DNA of 64,000 nt from Campylobacterota bacterium (GTDB lineage: Bacteria > Campylobacterota > Campylobacteria > Campylobacterales > Arcobacteraceae): NCBI GenBank assembly GCA_051746405.1, contig JBNJFB010000003.1:1-64000 (forward strand). Reading direction: 5' to 3'. The position numbers and the translations under genes are program-made. Position 1 is the first letter of the stretch; each line of letters starts with the position of its first letter. Below, piece by piece: positions 30,488 to 38,927 of the stretch. The notes beneath the pieces were generated by a model, which ran no database searches, was not told where the DNA came from, and was given only the letters and a program-made list of their open reading frames with translations.

Positions 30488-32317
30488 ATGATAGAACTTT
30501 CAAATATTTCAAAAAGCTTTGCAGATAAAGAGTTGTTTACAAACTTAAACTTTAGATTAAACAAAGGTGAAAAAGTAGGCTTTGTAGGTAGAAATGGTAG
30601 TGGAAAATCTACTTTATTTAAGATGATATTAAATGAAGAGCATCAAGATGATGGAGAGATAAATATCCCTAAAGGCTATAAAATTGGTGCATTAAAACAG
30701 CACTTGAATTTTACTGAAGATAGTGTAGTTCAAGAGGGGGCATTAGCTTTAAGCCAAGAGGATAAATATAGTATATATAAAGTAGAAAAGATACTCTTTG
30801 GGCTAGGGTTTTCACATGAGGATTTAGACAAACCACCTCAAAGTTTTTCAGGTGGTTATCAAATAAGAATTAATCTTGCTAAGCTTTTAGTAACAAAACC
30901 TGATTTATTACTTTTAGATGAGCCTACAAACTACTTAGATATTGTCTCTTTAAGATGGTTAAAAAGCTTTTTGAAATCTTTTGAAGGTGAGATTATTATA
31001 ATCACTCACGATAGGGATTTTATGGATAGTGTAACAACTCATACAATGGGATTAGTTAGAAAAAATCTTGAAATAATTGCAGGGGATACAAAAAAATTCT
31101 ATGCCCAACTTGAAGCAAATGATGAGCATTTTGAAAAACAAAAAGCAACTCAAGAAAAAAAGAGAAAAGAGCTTGAAGAGTTTATAGCTAAAAATAAAGT
31201 AAGAGCTTCAACTGCTGCACAAGCTCAATCAAAACAAAAAGAGCTTGATAAGATGGAAGATTTAGGTTCTTTAGAAAATGAAGCTACTTTGGATTTTGAT
31301 TTTAACTATAAGCAAACTGCTTCAAAAGTTTTACTTGATGTAAAAGATGTTTCATTTGGTTATGATAAAAATAATCTGCTTTTTGAAGATATCTCTTTTT
31401 GTTTGAATAAGGGTGAAACTATAGGAATCATAGGTAAAAATGGTAAAGGTAAATCTACTCTTTTAAATACAATTGCAAAAGAGTTAAAACACTTAACAGG
31501 TAGCATTGATTTTCATACCTCTGCATCTTTAGGACACTTTGGTCAGACAAATATTGATCATTTAAATCTAAAAAATACAATAATGGATGAGATATACTTA
31601 GGAAACCCAAAACTGCCAGAGTCAAAAGTGAGAGCTATTGCTGGGTCTATGATGTTTAGTGGAGATGACATAAAGAAAAAAATTTCACTTCTATCAGGAG
31701 GTGAAAAAAGTAGGGTAATGTTAGCTAAGATATTAGCAACTGATGTAAACTTACTTTTCTTAGATGAGCCTACAAACCACCTTGATATGCAGTCAATTGA
31801 TGCACTAAAAAAAGCTATTAAAAACTTTGAGGGTTCTTGTCTTATTGTTACACACTCTGAAAGTTTGCTACGTGAGTTATGCGATAGTTTAATAATATTT
31901 TCAAAAGGAAGTGCAACATATTTTGATAGAGGATATGATGAGTTCTTAGAAAAAATTGGTTGGGAAGAGGAAGAAAAACAAAAGAAAAAGAAAACAACTC
32001 CTAAAGTAAATAAAAAAGAGAACAAAAAACTAAGAGCACAAATAATCCAAGAAAAAAGTAAGGAAATATCACCTTTAAAGAAAAAGTTAGAAAAACTAGA
32101 AAATGAAATCATGGATTTAGAAGAGGAAGTAAGTATTCAACAAGAAGAGCTTATAGAAGCTTCAAATGAGGGTGATAACAGTAAAGTAATAGAACTATCT
32201 CAAACAGTTACAAAAAATGAAAAGTTAATAGAAGACAAGTTTGAACAGCTTGAAATAAATCAAAATGAACTAGATGAAATAGAAGAACAGTATCAAAAAA
32301 GGTTAGATGAGTTATAA
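30488..32317 (+). CDS. ABC-F family ATPase with C-terminal coiled coil
   Basis: Two NBDs (GRNGSGKS/FSGG/LDEPTN; GKNGKGKS/LSGGE/LDEPTN) and no TM segments. Confidence 0.93.
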   Translation: MIELSNISKSFADKELFTNLNFRLNKGEKVGFVGRNGSGKSTLFKMILNEEHQDDGEINIPKGYKIGALKQHLNFTEDSVVQEGALALSQEDKYSIYKVEKILFGLGFSHEDLDKPPQSFSGGYQIRINLAKLLVTKPDLLLLDEPTNYLDIVSLRWLKSFLKSFEGEIIIITHDRDFMDSVTTHTMGLVRKNLEIIAGDTKKFYAQLEANDEHFEKQKATQEKKRKELEEFIAKNKVRASTAAQAQSKQKELDKMEDLGSLENEATLDFDFNYKQTASKVLLDVKDVSFGYDKNNLLFEDISFCLNKGETIGIIGKNGKGKSTLLNTIAKELKHLTGSIDFHTSASLGHFGQTNIDHLNLKNTIMDEIYLGNPKLPESKVRAIAGSMMFSGDDIKKKISLLSGGEKSRVMLAKILATDVNLLFLDEPTNHLDMQSIDALKKAIKNFEGSCLIVTHSESLLRELCDSLIIFSKGSATYFDRGYDEFLEKIGWEEEEKQKKKKTTPKVNKKENKKLRAQIIQEKSKEISPLKKKLEKLENEIMDLEEEVSIQQEELIEASNEGDNSKVIELSQTVTKNEKLIEDKFEQLEINQNELDEIEEQYQKRLDEL

Positions 32318-32355
32318 GATAGCTTATGATATTATAAAAAGAAACAGAGATTATT

Positions 32356-33312
32356 ATGAAGATAGAAAAACTTTTTTCAAACCTTAGTTATCACAAAGAT
32401 TTTATCTTTTATCTTTTTGAACACAGGGACAAAACTGTTTATCTTGATGAGTGTGAAAAGTTTATCTCTTTTGAAAAGCTAGCGATTTTAGAAAACTTTG
32501 AGATAATAGAAAAAATTGATGAAAAGATATTTTTAGATAATAGAGTTATTAATTTTTTAGAAAACTATTTAAATATTGATGAAAATATTGAAGTTTCAGT
32601 TATCTTTGAAAAACTTGAAAATCTAAAACATAAAATTGATATAGTAATAGAGTATAAACAAAAACAAAACAGTATAATACCACAAATAAGAAGAGAGCTT
32701 AAAAAGTGTGACTTTATACTGACTCAAAATCTTTTTAAACTTCGTATTCATATAGATAGGGTTTATAAAAATATCGATAAATTTTCATTAAAACTAAAGG
32801 AGCTAAAGTTTTATGAAAAAAAACTAAAAGAGCTTACAACTGCACTTAAAGAGTTTGATAAGTTTTTGCACCTTTATCACTCAAGGCTTAGTCTATTTTA
32901 TAATAGTGAGTTAAATAATGTTTTAAAAACTATAAAAACTAATTTTATACAAATAAATAAATCTCTTATTCCTCTTACTCAAGATGTATGTGAGTATATA
33001 AATAAAGCTATTAGTAAAAATATATTTATTGAAAAAATAACAAAGCTAAAAGAGTTAAAAGATAATCTAACCATAAAAGAGATTTTTGATTTTGTAAATA
33101 TTAATAATCTTCATCTAGCATTTAAATTTTCAAATCAAAATCTAATAGAGTTTTTATTAAGTAATAATGAGTTAAAAACAAAAGATTTTGAACAACTAAT
33201 GCAGATATATTGTAGAATGATACTTTTACATGAAAGTGAATATAAAATAGAAGATAAGAGCTTAGAGTATCAACAAACAATATTTAAAACTGTATATTAC
33301 AAGGTAAAGTGA
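32356..33312 (+). CDS. Putative JetA/MukF-like kleisin subunit of a Wadjet/MksBEFG-type system
   Basis: N-terminal wHTH-like region followed by long helices; first gene of the operon, overlapping the mksE-like gene (GTGA). Call relies largely on context. Confidence 0.5.
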   Translation: MKIEKLFSNLSYHKDFIFYLFEHRDKTVYLDECEKFISFEKLAILENFEIIEKIDEKIFLDNRVINFLENYLNIDENIEVSVIFEKLENLKHKIDIVIEYKQKQNSIIPQIRRELKKCDFILTQNLFKLRIHIDRVYKNIDKFSLKLKELKFYEKKLKELTTALKEFDKFLHLYHSRLSLFYNSELNNVLKTIKTNFIQINKSLIPLTQDVCEYINKAISKNIFIEKITKLKELKDNLTIKEIFDFVNINNLHLAFKFSNQNLIEFLLSNNELKTKDFEQLMQIYCRMILLHESEYKIEDKSLEYQQTIFKTVYYKVK

Positions 33313-33845
33313 TGGATTTAAATAAACAACAAACAACTTTGATTTTTAATCATCTAAAAGAGGGAAAGTTTTTATCTCAAAACTCTCCAAATAAAGAGCA
33401 AGCTAAACTTTATAGGTATGTGGAAAAATATTATGAAAAGTTAAAAGAGTTATATGAATATATGGGTATAAATCTAAAACTCAAAAATGGGTACTGTTAC
33501 TTTTCTAGTATGGAAAATAAAGAGCAAAAACTATCAACTATATACGATATGATAGATTATCTTAGCTTTTTTTATCACTATGATACTATGTTTGGAGTTG
33601 GAAGTCGTATGAGCATAAGTGATATAGAAAACAAAGTAAAAGATGATGTAACCTTAAAAATAAAACTTGATAGACTAAAGACTCTAAGTGGAGATACACT
33701 AAAAGATAATATCACTTCACTTTTAAATAAAATGGAAAAAAGAGGTTTTATAGCTTTGGAAGATGAGTATTTACAATCTTATGTTGTACTTGATAGCTGT
33801 GATTATCTTGTGGAGTTTTTTGATAAAATTGAGATAAAGCAGTAA
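33312..33845 (+). CDS. JetB/MksE-like KITE subunit
   Basis: IFNHLKEGKFLSQNS...LY...YEYMGINLKLKNGYCYF N-terminus and second wHTH LLNKMEKRGFI resemble MksE-family proteins; ATG 33312 (GTG 33309 also possible). Confidence 0.65.
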   Translation: MDLNKQQTTLIFNHLKEGKFLSQNSPNKEQAKLYRYVEKYYEKLKELYEYMGINLKLKNGYCYFSSMENKEQKLSTIYDMIDYLSFFYHYDTMFGVGSRMSISDIENKVKDDVTLKIKLDRLKTLSGDTLKDNITSLLNKMEKRGFIALEDEYLQSYVVLDSCDYLVEFFDKIEIKQ

Positions 33846-33854
33846 GGGGATTTT

Positions 33855-34829
33855 GTGTATAAACCACCGTATAGTATTACAAGTAAGATGGTAAAACAAA
33901 TAAGTGAAATATCTGAGCTTATTTCAGATATAAAATATATAGACAAAAACTATAATACTTTAATGCTTCGTAAAAAAAATAGAGTTCGTTCAATTACAGG
34001 AACTTTACAGATTGAAGGAAATAGTTTTGATGAAGAAAAAGTTACAAGTATAATAAATAAAAAACCAGTAATTGGGACAATGAGAGAAATAGAAGAGGTA
34101 AAAGGTGCAATTGATGCTTATGATAATATTCCAAGGTTTGATTATAAAAATGAAAAAGACCTTTTAAAAGCACATAAATATCTTATGATAAATCTTTTAA
34201 ATAATGCAGGTTCATATCGTCATAGTAATGTAGGAGTTGGAGGAAAAGATGGTGTCACACATGTGGCTCCACCACCAAATATGGTACCAAAACTTATGGG
34301 TGAACTTTTTAAGTGGCTTCAAAATAGTGATGAGCATTTGCTCATAAAATCTTGTGTATTTCATTATGAGTTTGAGTTTATACATCCTTTTAGCGATGGA
34401 AATGGAAGAATAGGAAGACTTTGGCAAACTGTTATTCTAAAAGAGTTCAAAGAGTTTTTTGCATATATGCCAATTGAAAGCATAGTAAGGCAAAATCAAT
34501 CAAAATACTATAAAGCATTAGAAGATGCAGGAAGTGCAGGCCAGAGTACACCTTTTATTGAGTTTATGTTAGATATTATTGCAAAGTCATTAAAAGTTTA
34601 TATTCAAGAGACTAAAAAAAGTGACCAAAAAAGTGACCAAAAAAGTGACCAAAAAATATTGGAACTTATAAAACAAAATAGTAGTGTAACTATTAAAAAT
34701 ATTTGTAATGAACTTAATATGAGTGAATCAGGGGTAAAAAAAGTTATAAAAAAACTAAAAGATGCAAATAAGATTAGAAGAGTTGGCAGCTTAAAAAGTG
34801 GGCATTGGGAGATAAAAAATGGGTTTTGA
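33855..34829 (+). CDS. Fic-family AMP-transferase (class II, autoinhibited) with C-terminal wHTH
   Basis: Intact HPFSDGNGRIGR; N-terminal inhibitory TLQIEG ((S/T)xxxE(G/N)); KSDQx3 linker, then wHTH ending RVGSLKSGHWEI. Confidence 0.92.
   Translation: MYKPPYSITSKMVKQISEISELISDIKYIDKNYNTLMLRKKNRVRSITGTLQIEGNSFDEEKVTSIINKKPVIGTMREIEEVKGAIDAYDNIPRFDYKNEKDLLKAHKYLMINLLNNAGSYRHSNVGVGGKDGVTHVAPPPNMVPKLMGELFKWLQNSDEHLLIKSCVFHYEFEFIHPFSDGNGRIGRLWQTVILKEFKEFFAYMPIESIVRQNQSKYYKALEDAGSAGQSTPFIEFMLDIIAKSLKVYIQETKKSDQKSDQKSDQKILELIKQNSSVTIKNICNELNMSESGVKKVIKKLKDANKIRRVGSLKSGHWEIKNGF
34617..34652 (+). repeat. 3 x 12-bp tandem repeat AAAAGTGACCAA (KSDQ)
   Basis: Three perfect in-frame copies directly before KILELI. 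Confidence 0.95.
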
Positions 34830-36183
34830 TAGTCAAATAAAAGATATAACAGACAAACAAAAGCTAGAGTTTTTAGATAAGCTTTTAAAAAATGATGAAA
34901 GAGTAAAAGAGCAGTTTATAAAATATTTTAATCTTGAAGATAAAATATCAATGAATTATGATGATAAAGAGTTAGAGTCCCTTGCAAAAGAGATATTTGA
35001 AGTATTCAATGGTGTAGATACTGAACTATATATGGAGGCTATGGGATGTGGTTATGGTAGCTACTTTGGGTATTATTATGAAGATATCCCTGAACAAATA
35101 AGTGAAGATCTTTTTATAGAAATCGAAAAAAGATTAGATAGACATTTTAAAAATAATGATTTTTACCAAATCTTTTTCGTACTTCTTGCAACATCTAAAG
35201 CTATAGATTTAGAACCTGAGATTGAAGATAATTTTGGTTTAATCGGTGATTATTATGAGCTATTAGATGACTATTTTAATTCATTGGTATTTAAATACTA
35301 TGAAAAATTAAAAAAATCCAATCTATCTTTTGATAATAAAAAAAGATTAATATATTTTTTACTTGATAACTCTTCTTCACAAGATGAAATAAGTAGATTT
35401 GAATATTTATTTGAGGAACTAATTACATCTGGAAGTATGGCAAAACAGTTATCTTCTAGGATATTAGAGTTTAATATAGATACTCAACTTAAGATATTAA
35501 ATCTCTTAGGAGATGATGAAAAGTATATACAAAGTGCTAAAAAGTTTTATAAAGAAGATAGTGGTGTTGCTAAAAAACTACTAAGTAAGTTAAATGAAAT
35601 AATGGCTTATGATGAGTATGAAAGGATTGCTAAAGAGTGTTTTAAAATATATCCAAGCTACTTTATAACTGATATATTTGATGTGATTACATATGAAAAG
35701 TCACCTAAATTTTATTTAGAGCTATTGAAATATAAAGTGTTAAATGAGTCTAGCTTGGAAGATTATATAACTTATAAGAAGTATTTAAATCAAAACGAGT
35801 TAGAAAAACTACAAAAGAGTATTTTTAATAGTTATTATAATATAGATTTTTACATACAAATTTTAGAATATGAAAAGAAGTATGATGTTATATTAAAATT
35901 AGCAAAAAATGATAAATATGATCTAAATAAAACTATAAAACCTATAATAAACTATTTTCCAAGAGAGTGTTTATATATTATAATAAAAAAATCTACTAAA
36001 ATGTTAGAAAGTGTTGATAGAAACCGGGAAACCTATGTTCAAATATGTAAGCTACTAAAAATTATGATTGATGTAAATGAAGTTAAAAAAGATATTGAAC
36101 TATATATAAAAACAAATCTAATAAATAGAAAGCCTAGCTTACCTACACTAAAGGATGAGTTACAAAAAGCTGGGTTGGTGTAA
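34819..36183 (+). CDS. Hypothetical all-helical protein
   Basis: 454 aa; C-terminal RNRETY...KPSLPTLKDEL resembles the tails of SWIM-associated helical proteins, but no SWIM CxC...CxH motif is present. Confidence 0.7.
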   Translation: MGFDSQIKDITDKQKLEFLDKLLKNDERVKEQFIKYFNLEDKISMNYDDKELESLAKEIFEVFNGVDTELYMEAMGCGYGSYFGYYYEDIPEQISEDLFIEIEKRLDRHFKNNDFYQIFFVLLATSKAIDLEPEIEDNFGLIGDYYELLDDYFNSLVFKYYEKLKKSNLSFDNKKRLIYFLLDNSSSQDEISRFEYLFEELITSGSMAKQLSSRILEFNIDTQLKILNLLGDDEKYIQSAKKFYKEDSGVAKKLLSKLNEIMAYDEYERIAKECFKIYPSYFITDIFDVITYEKSPKFYLELLKYKVLNESSLEDYITYKKYLNQNELEKLQKSIFNSYYNIDFYIQILEYEKKYDVILKLAKNDKYDLNKTIKPIINYFPRECLYIIIKKSTKMLESVDRNRETYVQICKLLKIMIDVNEVKKDIELYIKTNLINRKPSLPTLKDELQKAGLV

Positions 36184-36184
36184 T

Positions 36185-37608
36185 ATGGATATACTACAAA
36201 AAATATTAAACGGTGAAGATAGTTACACTCAGTTTAAAATTGATATATCAAATGCAAATAAATTATCCCAAGAGCTTGTAGCCTTTTCAAATGCAAGAGG
36301 TGGATTACTTATCATTGGAGTAGATGATGATGGTGTGATTTTAGGACTGGAAACCAAAGATATACAAAGGATATAAACCAACTTATAGGAAATGTTATAA
36401 ATTCGCATATAACACCTCCTATATATCCACTTGTAAAGATTGAAAATATTGATGATAAAAGAATCATCGTTATTGAGATAGATGAAGGAAGTAATAAACC
36501 ATACTCGACTAATAATGGACTATACCTTACAAAAGCAGGAAGTGATAAGAGAAAAATATCACCACAAGAATTAAGAAGACTTTTTGCAGAATCTAAAAAT
36601 ATTTATCCAGATGAAGAGATACTTCATAAAACAACAATTGAAGATATTGATGTAATTAAACTTAAGAGATGGCTAAAAGTTGATAATCCAAATATATTAG
36701 AAAAACTAAATAAAAATCAACTAGGGCTTGAGAATATTCTTACAAATCTAGAACTTCATAAAGATGGTTATTTAACTTTAGCTGGAAATTTGCTATTTGG
36801 AGAAAATCCACAAAGATTTTGCCCTTCTTTTTATGTAGATTGTTGCTATTTTGATGGTGATGATATAAGTGTCACTAGATTTATATCAAAACAAGTTTTT
36901 AAAGGTACTTTTGATGAACTTTATGATGATAGTATGCGATTTGTTACAAGTCAATTAAGAAGCTATCAAGTAGATGAAAATTCAGTAGAAGATGATTTTA
37001 ATTCAAATCCAAAATTAGAGATTCAAAAAGAGATTTTAACAGAACTCATTATCAATGCTTTAGTACATAGAGATTATTATATAAATTCATCTATTAAAAT
37101 ATTTATGTTTCACAATCGTGTAGAGATAATAAGTCCTGGAAAACTTACAAATTCACTTACTGTTGAAAAAATAAAAAATGGAATTGCAGTACATAGAAAC
37201 CCAATACTAAACTCTATTTGTAAAAATCTTTTACCCTACACTGGATATGGAAGTGGGATTAAAAGAGCAGTTGAACTTGACCCCACTATAGAGTTGATAA
37301 ATGATATAGATATGGAGCAATTCAAATGTGTAATTAAAAGAGATGATAAAAAATTTAGAGAGAAACTGGGGGAAAAAGATAAAACTAGGGTAAAAACTAG
37401 GGTAAAAACTAGGGTGAAAACTAGGGTGAAAATATTGGAATTGATAAATGAAAATCCAACTATCACAAATCAAGAGCTAGCAGATACTTTGGAATTAACT
37501 CTAAAAGGTATACAGTGGCAGATAAAAAAACTAAAAGATGAAAATATTTTAAAAAGGGTTGGAAGTGCAAGAAATGGTCACTGGGAGATAATAGATGAAT
37601 GGTCTTAA
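36185..37608 (+). pseudogene. Schlafen/AlbA_2 + RecG_C(HATPase-like) + wHTH protein, frameshifted by a 2-bp TA duplication at about 36374
   Basis: GEDSYTQFK, AFSNARGGLLIIGVDDDG; after AGGATA-TA-AACCAA the frame is open through ELIINALVHRDY, VEIISPG, RNP, GSGI to the wHTH; restored length 473 aa. Confidence 0.85.
37381..37428 (+). repeat. 4 x 12-bp tandem repeat AAAACTAGGGT(A/G) (KTRV)
   Basis: Two A-ending and two G-ending in-frame copies directly before KILELI. Confidence 0.95.
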
Positions 37609-37699
37609 GCAAGTAACTTTAATAAAATCTGCAAAGTTTGATTTTGCTAGTGTAAATGTGGAGGGGAATACTCTTTTTATTGGGGCTAATGGTGCATAG
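37595..37699 (+). pseudogene. 5' stub of a JetC/MksB-type SMC ATPase, truncated inside Walker A
   Basis: GGAG RBS 7 nt upstream; MNGLKQVTLIKSAKFDFASVNVEGNTLFIGANGA-stop, an SMC-head start ending at GxNGx just before the expected GK(T/S). Confidence 0.65.
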
Positions 37700-37859
37700 T
37701 ATAGAAGAGATAATTATAAAAAATGGTTCAGTCGATTTATATAAAAATCAGTATAATAGATATAAAAATATAAAAAGTGAAGATGAAAGTATTCAAAAGC
37801 TAATAGATATTATAAATAAATATCAAAAAGCTATAGAGCAAGAGTATTTTATCATTTAG
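37695..37859 (+). pseudogene. 3' stub resembling a JetD/MksG toprim nuclease C-terminus
   Basis: SIEEIIIKNGSVDLYKNQY...LIDIINKYQKAIEQEYFII; the terminal (L/I)EQE motif is typical of JetD/MksG; begins where the jetC stub stops. Confidence 0.5.
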
Positions 37860-38922
37860 GTATAAAATACATTACAGTTTCATAAATACCTTCCATATAG
37901 TGCCTAAGGTATATATCATAATCCTCTCTAATACTAAGAATTAAACTTGGTACTTCATACCAGTCACTTGCTTTATGATAGATACAAACTGCTAAAATTG
38001 GATGGTACTTTTTTATACTGTTTTTAGCACCTTGCAAAGCTTTTATTTCATCACCTTCTATATCAAGCTTTATAAAGTCTATTTTATCTTTTAGAAGGTT
38101 ATCTATGGTGTTTATATTTTCTGTTTGATAGTTATGTTTGCAATTATATTGTGTTAGTTCTAGTTTATCTTTTATTAGATTCTTTTTATCTCCTAAACCA
38201 CAGTTTATAAACTCAATATTTTCTAACTTATCATAGTTTTTTTTAGCAATTTTTATATGAAGTTCACTTGGTTCAATACAATAAATCTTTTTATAATCTG
38301 GATAGTTTTTAAGTATATACTCTAATGTATCCCCAATATAAGCTCCACCATCTAAAAAAGAGATATTTTTTATAGGAGGTATTATCTCTTTATCAAAGTA
38401 TTGGTTTTCATGGTCATTTATAAAACCTTTCATAAACTCTAAGTCATAGCTTATTTTGAAATTTATTACCTTTTTAAAAATCTCTTTTGATTTGGTATCT
38501 TTTAGAAGTTCAAATGTTTTTCTATATCTATTTTTATTATTTAAAAAGTCCTCTTTAAAATCTTCCATAAAAATAGGTGAGGGTAGTTCAAGTTTGCTAT
38601 AATTATAAAAGCTAAGATAATTAAAGTTAGTAAATCCTAAGTTATCTAACTTCTCTTTAACTTCAAGTGGGCTACCTGTAGCAACACTTAAAATAATTGA
38701 GTTCTCTTTTGGTATATCTTCTAGTTTTAGTATATGCTTCTTTTTTGATGATTGAACTCTTGTAAAATCATCAATTACTCCATCTATACTAATCTGTTTT
38801 GCTATGGCTTTACCAAATCTATTTATACCTAATATATATTTTTTTATACTATTTGAGTTTACGAAAAGCCAAGAAAGTTGTTTGTCTTTTTCATTTATAT
38901 ACTCAAAGTCAATTAGATCCAT
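37852..38922 (-). CDS. FkbM-family SAM-dependent methyltransferase
   Basis: FLDGGAYIGD, CIEP, FIKLDIEG, LAVCIYH. Confidence 0.9.
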   Translation of the reverse strand: MDLIDFEYINEKDKQLSWLFVNSNSIKKYILGINRFGKAIAKQISIDGVIDDFTRVQSSKKKHILKLEDIPKENSIILSVATGSPLEVKEKLDNLGFTNFNYLSFYNYSKLELPSPIFMEDFKEDFLNNKNRYRKTFELLKDTKSKEIFKKVINFKISYDLEFMKGFINDHENQYFDKEIIPPIKNISFLDGGAYIGDTLEYILKNYPDYKKIYCIEPSELHIKIAKKNYDKLENIEFINCGLGDKKNLIKDKLELTQYNCKHNYQTENINTIDNLLKDKIDFIKLDIEGDEIKALQGAKNSIKKYHPILAVCIYHKASDWYEVPSLILSIREDYDIYLRHYMEGIYETVMYFIPK

Positions 38923-38927
38923 GCTTT

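Noticed and set aside
31706..31717. AAAAGTAGGGTA in the ABC-F gene as a target of the Schlafen wHTH
   Set aside because: A single one-mismatch copy explained by the conserved LSGGEKSRV coding motif.
34617..37428. 12-bp tandem repeats as a CRISPR array or iterons
   Set aside because: No spacers, only 3-4 contiguous in-frame copies inside genes, and no cas or rep gene in the window.
32318..37860. Island as an active mobile element or prophage
   Set aside because: No integrase, transposase, phage gene, tRNA target or flanking direct repeat was found by eye.
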